NCBI GenBank assembly: GCA_963817915.1 | Contig: CAWFQL010000006.1 | Span: 160,001 to 224,000 of the forward strand | DNA length: 64,000 nucleotides | From: an uncultured candidate division Zixibacteria bacterium | Lineage (GTDB): Bacteria; Zixibacteria; MSB-5A5; UBA10806 | Reading direction: 5' to 3' | Part shown: positions 1 through 10,166 of the stretch, in pieces | Numbering within the stretch: the stretch's first letter is position 1 | How the letters are laid out: every line of letters starts with the position of its first letter | Notes under the pieces: generated by a model | The model's input: the letters and a program-made list of their open reading frames with translations, nothing else | What the model was told of the DNA's origin: nothing | Database searches by the model: none | Translations under genes and position numbers: made by a program

Positions 1-2599
1 TCTTCGAGAAATCCAGGTTGGGATTGCCAATAATTCCCGCCGCGCTCGACGCTTGAGTCGCTCTGCGGTAGAAATTCTGGAATTCAGGTAATTGATAAAA
101 ATGCCCGTAGTTGAAATACAACTTGGCCTTATCAGTCACAGGGAACGAAAACGCGATTCTGGGTGAGAATTTGCTTCTCGAATCAAAAATCTGCTTGTTC
201 GCCAGATTCTCGCTCTGCAACGCGGCGTTGTTAATTTCGTTGGCCTGGATGAAAAAGTCCCAACGGAATCCTATGTGCGCGATCATTTCACCATATTCCA
301 TATTATCCTGGAAATAGAATGATCCCTGCTTTGGCCTGCGAGTATAGAAATCCCTGAATACTCCGCGATCCGGCCATTGTCCGCCGTCGGCAGTTCCATC
401 ATATGTATATTCGGGGTATTGAAGTTGGGCTCTTGATAATTTCATGTCCCTGAATTCAATACCTGATTTTATTTCATGCTGCTTCGAAACCTGGCTGATA
501 ATATCCAGTCCCAGGGTCGAAATTGCGCTTTGTGAACGCTCATACAATGCCCATTGATCGAACCCGTAATCCCAGAAACGATCCTTACCGTCCCAATGAC
601 CATTTCCATTCATATCTGCGTAAGGCTCGCCGTAATCATAAAGTCCGTTTGGAGGGTCATACCTGCCATTGTTATTCAAATCGCGATACGGAATGCCCGG
701 CGTCCATGGATCGCTTGGCCCGTCGTATCTGCCATTATTATTCAAATCCCAAAGGCCGTTCCAGTAATCTGGACCAGTAGGATTATTTGGATAGCCGGTG
801 AAAACCCCGTCGCCATCTACATCAATAAATTGTTCACCGATAATAACGTCACCATCGGTAAAGGGCTCGGCGTTATCCTCATTAATAACATCTCTCAAGC
901 CCGGATCAAACACGCCATTGCCATGACCACTGACCTGATAAGCGGAATCGCCTTCATTGAATTGACCGTTATGATCATGGTCAAAGAAAAATTGGTCATT
1001 GGAAATAGCCTCGGGCGGATCCCACCTGCCATTACCATTTAAATCAGTGTATGGCGCGCCGATATCGCCATCATATCTTCCGTTGCCATTAAGGTCAAAA
1101 ACCCTGCGGCCATTGATCGTAGAATCAGGGAAAAATTCATCGATACCGGGTGTATAAACCCCGTCCGCGTTTGAATCAACATATGGCTCGCCGAAAAATC
1201 CGTCGCCGTTGGTATCAAGATAAGGCTCGCCCGGATCCCATTGACCATTATTGTTCCGGTCGGCAAAGCTTTCATAATTGTTCGCATTCAGGAAATCGCC
1301 GGGCGTCAATGTTCCAGGTTTCTGCCTGTAATCCTGAATAAAATAATTGACCTTCAGATTGCCGACTGTATTTCTAAGAAAATCAGGCGTAAATTTTAAA
1401 TTGGCGCCGTAGGTCTCCTTTGATTCGTAAATTGACGGGGCTGTCTGGGGAGTATACAAAAATCTCCAATTAAAGCCCGTCAATGTTTGCCATTGCTTCG
1501 AATAGCTGAAGGAAAAAATATACTTCGAATTGGCATCCATTTTCCAATTCAATTTGCCAGTCGCCGAATACTGATTTGATCTTCTATTGGGAATTTTCAT
1601 TCCCAGAAATTTTTCGTAGCCGTAGTTCATTTTGGATTTTGGCGATGGATAATTATTGTAATCAAGGTATTCATTGGATTTATCAACAGTAAAGCTCATG
1701 AAGTAGGCCATTTTTTCGCCGGGCCATTTCATCCCCAACGACGGGAAAAGCTGGTCGGAAATCGCGGGAATCGGGCCCGAGAGATTCCATTCCATGCGGT
1801 CCTGGTTGAATGAGTACTTATTGAGGTCTTTAAATCCAAAATCGTCCGTAAGGAATTCATAACGGCCTGTCGTGACTTTGTTATCGCCGTCTTTTCGGAC
1901 AATATTGACGATAGCCGAACTGACTCCGCCATATTCGGCATCGAAGTTTCCCTTCAAAACCGACATTTCCTGAACATCATTGGCCGAGATATCAACGACG
2001 GATCTGAGCGACATACCCTGTCCTCCAAAGACGTCTCTCATTTCGACACCATCAACCATGTACGAAATTTCATTACCTCGACCACCGCGAGCGTGGAATA
2101 CACCGCCGGATTTCACAAAGCCCGACGATAATTTCAGCACGTCGCTGACATTGGTTACCGGCATATTCTTAATCTGGTCTGCCGACATTCTCACGTCGTT
2201 CTGAGTGATATACTTATCGATTGCCTTGCGCGTCGCCACGACTGTGACATCTTCGATTTTGATAGCGTTAGATGTAAGCTTGAAATTCTGTTCGGTGGTG
2301 ATATCAGCGCTGACTTCGACTTTTTCGACGGTTAGTTTATTATACCCAACCGTCTGAGCAACCAAAGTATAAGTTCCGGGGGGGACATTTAAGATAACAT
2401 AGGACCCGTCGAAACTGGCTGCGGCTCCCATGCTTGTCTTATCAACCATTACTGTCGCGCCTGGAATAGGATCGCCCTTATCGTCTGTGACCACGCCGGA
2501 AATCTTGCCTACCTGGCCGGCCATGACACTAGCGGCGATCATCAAACAGATTGGAAAGACAAGAAGAATCAATAAAAACCCAAACCGTTTGATATTCAT
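1..2599 (-). CDS. TonB-dependent receptor (signal peptide, carboxypeptidase-regulatory-like N-domain, plug, barrel); runs off the left window edge
   Basis: Absent from the ORF track because it has no stop in the window. Manual translation from ATG 2599 (RBS GAGGAG): MNIKRFGFLL...GKISGVVTDDKGDPIPGA...plug motif SGFVKSGGVFHARGGRG. Frame spot-checked at 1273 and 559. Confidence 0.88.
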   Translation of the reverse strand, partial: MNIKRFGFLLILLVFPICLMIAASVMAGQVGKISGVVTDDKGDPIPGATVMVDKTSMGAAASFDGSYVILNVPPGTYTLVAQTVGYNKLTVEKVEVSADITTEQNFKLTSNAIKIEDVTVVATRKAIDKYITQNDVRMSADQIKNMPVTNVSDVLKLSSGFVKSGGVFHARGGRGNEISYMVDGVEMRDVFGGQGMSLRSVVDISANDVQEMSVLKGNFDAEYGGVSSAIVNIVRKDGDNKVTTGRYEFLTDDFGFKDLNKYSFNQDRMEWNLSGPIPAISDQLFPSLGMKWPGEKMAYFMSFTVDKSNEYLDYNNYPSPKSKMNYGYEKFLGMKIPNRRSNQYSATGKLNWKMDANSKYIFSFSYSKQWQTLTGFNWRFLYTPQTAPSIYESKETYGANLKFTPDFLRNTVGNLKVNYFIQDYRQKPGTLTPGDFLNANNYESFADRNNNGQWDPGEPYLDTNGDGFFGEPYVDSNADGVYTPGIDEFFPDSTINGRRVFDLNGNGRYDGDIGAPYTDLNGNGRWDPPEAISNDQFFFDHDHNGQFNEGDSAYQVSGHGNGVFDPGLRDVINEDNAEPFTDGDVIIGEQFIDVDGDGVFTGYPNNPTGPDYWNGLWDLNNNGRYDGPSDPWTPGIPYRDLNNNGRYDPPNGLYDYGEPYADMNGNGHWDGKDRFWDYGFDQWALYERSQSAISTLGLDIISQVSKQHEIKSGIEFRDMKLSRAQLQYPEYTYDGTADGGQWPDRGVFRDFYTRRPKQGSFYFQDNMEYGEMIAHIGFRWDFFIQANEINNAALQSENLANKQIFDSRSKFSPRIAFSFPVTDKAKLYFNYGHFYQLPEFQNFYRRATQASSAAGIIGNPNLDFSK

Positions 2600-3019
2600 C
2601 CTCACTCCTCCTTTTCTACACCGCCGGGCATACGCCTGACGATGCACCATTATTATTTTATTAGATTGTATTCAGAAAATTCTACGAAACAGTAGCATTC
2701 AAATTCATTGGTAGGCTTGACGCCCTGACCTCCTGTGCAAGATTCACAATCCCCGCCACACTTACTTACAGACGGCCCCCTATTTTATTCCCCGAAATTT
2801 GTTTTTTTTCGTCCGCAAAGTCAAGCCCTTTTTAGCTGATATCCAATAGAATAGACATACTCGCCCATTACCGTATCAAATGCTAATACCGCGTAAGGCT
2901 GTACCAAGCTCAAATGGACAATGCCGCCGATTTAAAATAGACTCAATAAGTAGTTCGAACTATATTGGCTCTGATTTTGGGAGTTTCCCCAAAATACAAT
3001 TGAGGAATTATCGAAACCG

Positions 3020-3874
3020 CTATTTCACAAATCCCGGAGCGCTTTTCAATAGGTCATTAATCGTATTCGCCGGATACCTTTTAATCTCTTCTTCGCCAAT
3101 ACTCCACTCATTTGAAGTAGCACATTTATCATACATTGGACGGCCTCCGAGATTAACCCACATGAGAATCGGCCATGAATTGAGCATAAAATATATTTCG
3201 GTCACGGAGTCCCTGTTGACAGGGACATCTAATATTTGAACCTTCGCATAGCCGACGGTAGAGGCTGTAAGATCATATGTGCCCGCAGGCACCGATGGAA
3301 TAATAAAAATCCCATCGAAATTCGCTACTTCTCCAATCTTGGTACTATCGATCAATACTGTTGCGCCGGCTAACGGCTCAAAATTTGTATTTAGCACTCT
3401 GCCTCGAATCGACCCAAAGCCATAGGAAGTATCTGCCAAAGCCGCTTTTCGATTCATGAGAATCTTAAATGGCAATCCTTTCGATTGTATGATACTATTA
3501 TGCCTGTAAACCATTTCGTAATATCCCCGTGACGACACTTTGATTCCCGAAAAAAGATCGCGCTGCGTGCCTTTGTAATGAAAATTGCCATTGGTGTCGG
3601 CGACCACCTTAAATGGTCTCTCTTTTCCTGATCTTATCTGCATTTTTATACCCGACATTGCCTGACCGCTGGTATCCACAACCGTCCCATAGACCTTTAC
3701 AGCCCTATTGGGGAGCCCAGCACTGGCTAACCGAATAAATATAAAAAGCAAAAGGATGATTTTCAGATGGATAGCGATAATAGATTTAATATTTGGAGTT
3801 GTTTTCATAACTTTCAGCACTTTTCTCAGAGCTTTATTTATTTCGCCTTTTACTTTTGGTTGTCTTAAGTTCAA
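3020..3874 (-). CDS. Carboxypeptidase-regulatory-like domain protein resembling a TonB-receptor N-terminus, ending early in the plug
   Basis: Two 'G.I.G.V.....PL.GA.V' domains; C-terminus EEEIKRYPANTINDLLKSAPGFVK* parallels the neighbouring receptor plug. True start may be downstream of 3874. Confidence 0.65.
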   Translation of the reverse strand: MNLRQPKVKGEINKALRKVLKVMKTTPNIKSIIAIHLKIILLLFIFIRLASAGLPNRAVKVYGTVVDTSGQAMSGIKMQIRSGKERPFKVVADTNGNFHYKGTQRDLFSGIKVSSRGYYEMVYRHNSIIQSKGLPFKILMNRKAALADTSYGFGSIRGRVLNTNFEPLAGATVLIDSTKIGEVANFDGIFIIPSVPAGTYDLTASTVGYAKVQILDVPVNRDSVTEIYFMLNSWPILMWVNLGGRPMYDKCATSNEWSIGEEEIKRYPANTINDLLKSAPGFVK

Positions 3875-4500
3875 TATAAAATTATCTTCCCATTCTCAAA
3901 CACGCTAAGTGGAAATAATCTGAGCATAATTCCTGACCGAGCATAAGGATCAACTCTCATACCAATTATTGTCAACTTCGTATAACCTACCAAGCTAATC
4001 TCCAAATTATACCTGCCCGCGAAAACGCTATCAATGGCAAATAGCCCATCAAAGTAGGAAGTGTCCATCTCGCCAACTCCCCTTAGATGAATTATGGCGC
4101 CAGGTAGAGGATTATTTTGACTATCTATAACCATACCACTTATTTTACCAAACCCGAATCCAGAATAATGATTGCTTAGTTCTCTATGCATTCCGACTTC
4201 AATATCGTAGGTCGTATCAGCCCAAATTCTTACGTTTTCAATCAGAATTTGATAGTATCCGTCTGCTTCGGCGGTCAGATTATAATTACCTTGAGGTAAA
4301 TCGATGATTTCAAATCGGCCCTTCCAATTGCTTTTGGCATCTTTATTATTATATTCATTTTCAATCCAAATTCTTGTATTGGGAACTGGAAATCCATCCT
4401 GGTTTGTCACCGTACCTCTTAATTTTCCAGTTGTTCCGCAAACAGCAATCGAGTGAGCAGATATAAATATTGCCAAAATTGCTATCCAATTGTAAGTCAT
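3871..4500 (-). CDS. Secreted protein with two carboxypeptidase-regulatory-like domains
   Basis: GGAGG RBS, signal peptide, GKLRGTVT and GKISGMVIDSQNNPLPGA motifs. Confidence 0.75.
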   Translation of the reverse strand: MTYNWIAILAIFISAHSIAVCGTTGKLRGTVTNQDGFPVPNTRIWIENEYNNKDAKSNWKGRFEIIDLPQGNYNLTAEADGYYQILIENVRIWADTTYDIEVGMHRELSNHYSGFGFGKISGMVIDSQNNPLPGAIIHLRGVGEMDTSYFDGLFAIDSVFAGRYNLEISLVGYTKLTIIGMRVDPYARSGIMLRLFPLSVFENGKIILY

Positions 4501-4639
4501 GCGCCTCCATTTAGATAAATCAGAAAGCCAACTTATTTACCTATGATACAATTGTGAGATTAAGTTATTCCCAATAATTCTTTGGGCGGCAATCGTTTCG
4601 ATTGCACCATCGATCACCTCATTCCCCACCCACGCTGCA

Positions 4640-4670
4640 AAAAAATCGGGGCCATTTCTGACCCCGATCA
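4640..4670 (-). terminator. Intrinsic terminator of array paralog A
   Basis: ATCGGGG/CCCCGAT hairpin with A-run on the left; near-identical copies at ~8248-8278 and ~10113-10143. Confidence 0.75.
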
Positions 4671-4691
4671 AATACTGAATTGCCTGCTAAA

Positions 4692-6428
4692 TTACTTCAG
4701 CAATGTCATCTTCTTTGTTACTGCTGAATCGTCGGTCTTTAATGTGTAAAAGTAAATTCCAGATGAAATTTCGCTGGCATCGAAATTAATCGAATGCTTT
4801 CCAGCTTCCATCTGACCGTTAGCCAATGTCGTTACCTTGGCGCCTAACAAATTATAGACTGCCAATTCAACTCCGGATTTCTTATCCAGCGTGAATTCGA
4901 TACTAGTTTGGGCATTGAATGGGTTCGGATAATTCTGCTTCAATGAAAAACTTTTCGGGACACTAATATCATTTTCTATACCGGTTAGCGGATTTCGATA
5001 CGAAATATATTTAACGGGATTGTCTGTTACAGCTCCCTCTGTCTGAGGTATTCCGCCGGCATCCTTATCTTCGATATAGATTAAATGAATATTATTATCG
5101 ACCTTCTCCGCGATTGTCGACCAGTGTTCGGAATCGCAATCGCCCGGCTGACAGCCGGGAGTCGAGGAGCCGGTCATATTTATCTCTTCAGCCCAGCTAG
5201 TCCCACCATCCACCGAATAGGTCATACAGATATCGCCATTAGCATACCCGCCCGCGGAGCAGTCCGTAGAATCGAACTTAGTATAGGCTACAAAAAGCGC
5301 GTTTGAGGGCTGATGAACTCCTGCCGACATTTTGCTTATTGGGCGGTTCCACACTCCAAAGTCACAACCGGATTGCGGCCATACTGAATCAGGATAGGCC
5401 TGAATGACAGAAATAGTTCCAGAAGTGACGTCATAATGATTCAGAAACGTCTGGTAATAAACTCCGGCGTCTGTTACGTACTGCGCAGACCAGTAGATAT
5501 TCAAATTATCGCTGTTGTCATAAACAGCGGCAATATCAGTGTACGCGAATAACGAATCGTCCTGGCCATAATTCGTAATATTGATTTTGCCTCTGGCCCA
5601 ATCCCAGGTTGTTCCATCCAAAGATTGAATATAGTAGACATCATTTTGCCATTGGGTAGCTAAATCTGTTGGGTGGCAATATACTATCGCGACTTTATCG
5701 GAAACCGGGCTCGAAACAATTACTGGGGATATAACGCTTACTGTATCCACGCAGGCCAATTGGGACCAGTGAAATAGAGTGTCGATTGTTCTGATATAGC
5801 CAATTCGCTGGGGAGCTCCAGCCGCGCTGCTTTCGGTCATAACTATCTGAAATCTGCCGCTGCGGTCAATAGTCATATAAGGCCACATACATGGCGCGCT
5901 TCCAAACAGATTAGGAACCTGATAATAATTGAAAATTCCGTATCCGCGATTACTATCAACCGCCAACCAGACTGTGTTGGGGCCGGAACGGTGATATGTC
6001 AGTGCCATCCTATTATCCGGGGCTATCGCAAGTTGAACATACCCCTCAAGATTAACCGAACCAGCCTGAGTTGCCCCCAACCAAACATCGTTTTCATCTA
6101 CAAAATTACAATAAATCTGCCTTGTTGTCGGGTAAGAAAGGCCATTCATCCATCCGAAGTGAACTCCACCATAACTATCTACAGCGACCCGATGCCCGGT
6201 TGAACCGTTTGTTTGATAGTCATACTGGGTTTCGCCGACCATTTGGGTATCCGTCAGAACATCAGAATTTGACGGGGAATACGGTACATTTGGGAATGGC
6301 TCACCCCCGGTAAAATTTTTATTTTCTCTCGCGGGAGACGTTTTTGAATAGTCCACAGCGTAGATTAATCCCGAAAATAGCAATATTATCGGAATTATCA
6401 TCCAGAACACCGATACCGTTCTTTTCAT
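4692..6428 (-). CDS. Secreted BNR/Asp-box propeller-like protein with T9SS-type C-terminal sorting domain (paralog A)
   Basis: Signal peptide; SLDGTTW and SVDGGTSW Asp-box-like motifs; C-terminal LKQNYPNPFNAQT...SSGIYFY...KKMTLLK. Confidence 0.85.
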   Translation of the reverse strand: MKRTVSVFWMIIPIILLFSGLIYAVDYSKTSPARENKNFTGGEPFPNVPYSPSNSDVLTDTQMVGETQYDYQTNGSTGHRVAVDSYGGVHFGWMNGLSYPTTRQIYCNFVDENDVWLGATQAGSVNLEGYVQLAIAPDNRMALTYHRSGPNTVWLAVDSNRGYGIFNYYQVPNLFGSAPCMWPYMTIDRSGRFQIVMTESSAAGAPQRIGYIRTIDTLFHWSQLACVDTVSVISPVIVSSPVSDKVAIVYCHPTDLATQWQNDVYYIQSLDGTTWDWARGKINITNYGQDDSLFAYTDIAAVYDNSDNLNIYWSAQYVTDAGVYYQTFLNHYDVTSGTISVIQAYPDSVWPQSGCDFGVWNRPISKMSAGVHQPSNALFVAYTKFDSTDCSAGGYANGDICMTYSVDGGTSWAEEINMTGSSTPGCQPGDCDSEHWSTIAEKVDNNIHLIYIEDKDAGGIPQTEGAVTDNPVKYISYRNPLTGIENDISVPKSFSLKQNYPNPFNAQTSIEFTLDKKSGVELAVYNLLGAKVTTLANGQMEAGKHSINFDASEISSGIYFYTLKTDDSAVTKKMTLLK

Positions 6429-6491
6429 TGTTCTTCCCCTTTCAAGGTTTTTTTCCTACACAGTAGTAATGTCATACCTGTTCGTCTGCAT

Positions 6492-8103
6492 TTACTTCAA
6501 CAGCGTCATCTTCTTGGTAACTTTGGAATCATTTGTCTTCAATATATAGTAATAAACTCCCGACGAAATCCTGCTAGCGTCGAAATTGATCGAATGCTTT
6601 CCAGCCTCCATCTGACCGTTGGCCAATGTCGCTACCTTGGCGCCTAACAAATTATAGACCGCCAGTTCAACCTTGGCTTTCTTATCCAATGTGAAATCGA
6701 TATTGGTCTGCGCATTGAATGGATTCGGATAATTCTGTGAAATGAGAATTCTATTTGGCATAATGCTCATTTTCATCAACATTGCCAAAACGCGATTCTA
6801 CTCAAATAAAGCATATTATCATAAAATTTGGATTATAACCAATATCCTTATTATTCACGTAGAAATATGTGAACAAATGGTCATTCTGCCCTTTCTGCAA
6901 CTGAAGGCCAATTGTCATCATCACAATTTCCCTGCGTGCAATTCGGAGTATGCGAATTTGTTACGTTTAACGGATTGATCCCATGTCTGCCCGTCATAAA
7001 ATGTATGGTCATATAAATATCGCCGTTCGCATTCCCGCTCGCAGAGCAATCGGTAGAATCAATGCCGTATAGACCAGGTAGAGCTCATTATCCCCTATAT
7101 TGACTCCCATGGACATCTTGCATATCGGACGATTCCATGCCCCAAAATCGCATCCGGATTCCGGCCAGCTCGGCGAAGAATGGGTAATTTCAGTAATCGA
7201 TCCCGACGAAGCATCAAAAATGATTTAGAAATGTCTGGTGATGGTAGCTATTTTCACCCGTTGCCGATCCATTGAGAATTCCAGACTATATGGAGATTAT
7301 CATTATAATCATAGACCGCTGCAAGATCGGTATAAGCAAAAAGTGAATCGCCGTTATGACCATAATTGGTAACATTGATTTTTCCATTTGCCCAGTCCCA
7401 GGTCATTCCATCAGTCGATTGGATATAATAAACATCATTCCTTAACTGGGTGGAATCGGTAGGATGACTGTATATTATGGCGACTTTATCAGATACTGGA
7501 GAAGAAACCACAATTGGAGAAATAACTCTGACAGTATCAACATCAGCCAATGTAGTCCAGGTTACTCCTCCATTTGATGATCTCGTATATCCAATTCTCT
7601 GGGGAGCGCCAGCCTCGCTATTTTCGGTTTCAACCACATGATATCTTCCAGTCCTATCACTTGTAATATACGGCCACATTAACCTATCGTCGACAAATGT
7701 ATTGGGAATAATGAAAAGATCGAATATTCCCACACCTGAAAACAAATCAATTGCAAAATTAACGATGCTTTGTCCGCCTCTATGATAAACGATTACGGCT
7801 CTATCGTCATGGGACACTGTCATTTGAGGGTAGCCCTCGAGATTATAGCATACTGACTGGAACCTGACCAAGCCATACATCGCGGGAAGTGACATAATTG
7901 TAGTAAATCTGTCTTGTGGATTGATTGCCGTTCATCCATGTAAAATGAACTGCGTCATCGGTACCAAGGGCTATCCTATGCCCTGAGGACCCGTTCGACT
8001 GCATATAATATTGAGTTTCACCTACAATATAACCCGGCGATTGAGCAAAGACTATCGAAGCTAAAGATACCAAAATCAACAATGAACCTATAACAACTTT
8101 CAT
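6492..8103 (-). pseudogene. Frameshifted paralog B of the secreted BNR/T9SS array (true pseudogene or sequencing indels)
   Basis: ORF pieces 7843-8103, 7254-7895 and 6492-6788 plus untracked pieces (SPSWPESGCDFGAWNRPICKMS; NSHTPNCTQGNCDDDNWPS) align to the neighbours; several frame switches, some in homopolymers. Confidence 0.8.
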
Positions 8104-8170
8104 CTTTCTTTCCTCCGAAGCAATGGTTGGAAATCAGAACGATTATCTATTTTTAATAATTCCTGTATAA

Positions 8171-8200
8171 ATACTAACAAATTATGGCATTATTTGTCAA
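8171..8200 (-). promoter_or_regulatory. sigma70-type promoter of paralog B
   Basis: TTGACA-18nt-TAGTAT with TGn extension; conserved upstream of paralog C. Confidence 0.65.
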
Positions 8201-8247
8201 TAATTATTTTAACATATCCCGCTCAGGCCAGGTCGCCTGACCCAAAC

Positions 8248-8278
8248 AAAAAAAATCGGGGCCATGATTGACCCCGAT
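8248..8278 (-). terminator. Intrinsic terminator of paralog C
   Basis: AATCGGGG/CCCCGATT hairpin plus A-run. Confidence 0.75.
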
Positions 8279-8301
8279 TAAAAATTGAAATGCCTGCTAA
8301 A

Positions 8302-9915
8302 TTACTTCAGCAATGTCATCTTCTTGGATACTTCTGACCCGTCGGTCTTCAATGTGTAGTAATAAATACCCGATGAAATCTTGCTAGCGTCGAAATTGAT
8401 CGAATGTTTTCCAGCTTCCATCTGACCGTTGGCCAATGTCGCTACCTTGGCGCCTAACAAATTATAGACCGCCAGTTCAACCTTGGCTTTCTTTTCCAAT
8501 GTGAAATCGATATTGGTCTTGGCATTGAATGGATTCGGATAATTCTGCGATAATGAAAATTGATTCGGAATTGCGTTATTTTCTTCAACGCCCGTAGGAC
8601 TTGTCGGCACTTTTAGATAAAGCATGCTGCAATCGAAAGGCGGGTCTTGTCCCACTTCATGGCTGTCAACGTAAAAGACGCGCAAATAGCCGTCAACCCT
8701 TTCCGTTATTGAAGGCCAATTGTCGTCATCACAATGGCCGGGACTGCATCTCGGAGTTCGAGAATTTGTCAAATTAATTGCGGGATTCCATGACTGTCCA
8801 CCGTCATACGATGAGTTCAAATAAATATCGCCATTGGCCCTACCGCTTATCGAACAATCTGTTGGATCGTACCCGGTATAGACAAGATATAGCGAATCGG
8901 ATCCTTCCTTGACGCCCAACGACATTTTACACAATGGACGATTTACGAAACTAATATCGCACCCTGAATCAGGCCAGGTCGGTAAAGAACGCGTGATTTC
9001 ACTTATTGTCCCTGAAGCCTCATCAAAATGGTTTAGCAGAGTCAGAGGATAGTACCTATATTCACCCGGTATCGGCCTCTGAGAGTTCCAAACGATTTGG
9101 AGATTATCATTATAGTCATATACTGCCGCAAGGTCAGTAAAAGCATAAAACGAATCATCATTCTGACCGTAATTTGTTACGTTGATTATCCCGGTAGACC
9201 AATCCCAGGAAGTCCCATCTGTCGATTGGATATAGTAAACATCATTCTTATATTGAGTGGTATCGTTAGGATGGCAATAGACAATAGCCACCTTATTTGA
9301 TACTGGGGAAGACACCACAACTGACGATATCACCCTAACAACATCAAACACTATTAAGGAACTCCATGTACTCCCTCCATCGGCAGATCTGGAATATGCG
9401 ATCCTCATGCGACTCAGGGAATCCATTGGCCCCGTTACAACTAAATGATATCTATTGTTCCTGTCACGCGAAATATAAGGCCACATAAATCTAGCATCCC
9501 CAATAGAATTGGGTATCAAATTAGATTCAAAAATTCCTATGCCCGTAAAGCTATCAATTGCGAAATACAAATCCCCTGTAGGGGCTCTATGATAGACGAG
9601 AATGCCCCTATCGTCAGGAGAAACTGTTAATTGTGGATATCCATCAAGATTATAAGAGCTGGCCTGCACCGGGCCCAGCCAAGCATCATGGGAGTCTACA
9701 TAATTATAATATATATTTCTTACTGTCGGGTATGCAAGATAGTTAGTCCACGTAAAATGAACTCCCCCCCGGCTGTCAAGGGCTACCCTATGCCCTATTG
9801 AGCCATTCGTTTGATTTCCATAGTCCGTTGTCCCAACCAAAATACCGGGCGATTCCGCAAAAACAATCGGCGCCATAATTAAAAGAATCATCAAAGAAAC
9901 TATAACAATTTTCAT
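8302..9915 (-). CDS. Secreted BNR/T9SS-type protein (paralog C)
   Basis: Signal peptide, SADGGSTW and SYDGGQSW Asp-boxes, QNYPNPFN sorting domain, GGAGG RBS. Confidence 0.85.
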   Translation of the reverse strand: MKIVIVSLMILLIMAPIVFAESPGILVGTTDYGNQTNGSIGHRVALDSRGGVHFTWTNYLAYPTVRNIYYNYVDSHDAWLGPVQASSYNLDGYPQLTVSPDDRGILVYHRAPTGDLYFAIDSFTGIGIFESNLIPNSIGDARFMWPYISRDRNNRYHLVVTGPMDSLSRMRIAYSRSADGGSTWSSLIVFDVVRVISSVVVSSPVSNKVAIVYCHPNDTTQYKNDVYYIQSTDGTSWDWSTGIINVTNYGQNDDSFYAFTDLAAVYDYNDNLQIVWNSQRPIPGEYRYYPLTLLNHFDEASGTISEITRSLPTWPDSGCDISFVNRPLCKMSLGVKEGSDSLYLVYTGYDPTDCSISGRANGDIYLNSSYDGGQSWNPAINLTNSRTPRCSPGHCDDDNWPSITERVDGYLRVFYVDSHEVGQDPPFDCSMLYLKVPTSPTGVEENNAIPNQFSLSQNYPNPFNAKTNIDFTLEKKAKVELAVYNLLGAKVATLANGQMEAGKHSINFDASKISSGIYYYTLKTDGSEVSKKMTLLK

Positions 9916-9982
9916 CTTCCTTTCCTCCGTAATAATGGTGGGAAATCAGAACAATTATCTATTTTTAATAATACCTGCATAA

Positions 9983-10012
9983 ATACTAACTTATTATAGC
10001 ATAACTTGTCAA
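9983..10012 (-). promoter_or_regulatory. sigma70-type promoter of paralog C
   Basis: TTGACA-18nt-TAGTAT inside a ~105 bp block duplicated at ~8104-8210. Confidence 0.65.
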
Positions 10013-10056
10013 TAATTATTTTGAGAAATCAGGCTGAGGGGAAGGTACATTATATG

Positions 10057-10081
10057 GGGGGCAGTCGTCACGACTGCCCCC
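10057..10081. repeat. REP-like palindrome
   Basis: GGGGGCAGTCGTCACGACTGCCCCC; related copy at ~30432-30457. Confidence 0.6.
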
Positions 10082-10112
10082 GCTTTTTTTCGCAATGCCT
10101 AACAAACCGCAA

Positions 10113-10143
10113 TAAAAAAATCGGGGCCATGATTGACCCCGAT
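10113..10143 (-). terminator. Intrinsic terminator of paralog D
   Basis: Same hairpin as 8248-8278. Confidence 0.75.
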
Positions 10144-10166
10144 TAAAAATTGAAATGCCTGCTAAA

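Noticed and set aside
111..2639. Short ORFs listed over the TonB receptor and other antisense ORFs in the track
   Set aside because: They are shadows of longer, motif-bearing genes on the opposite strand or in another frame.
2733..2749. Rex-like site or riboswitch upstream of the TonB receptor
   Set aside because: The half-site spacing is one base short with mismatches, and no cobalamin, TPP or other riboswitch consensus was recognised.
7254..7256. UGA in paralog B as selenocysteine
   Set aside because: Homology continues in a different frame and an in-frame TAG follows two codons later, so this is a frameshift.
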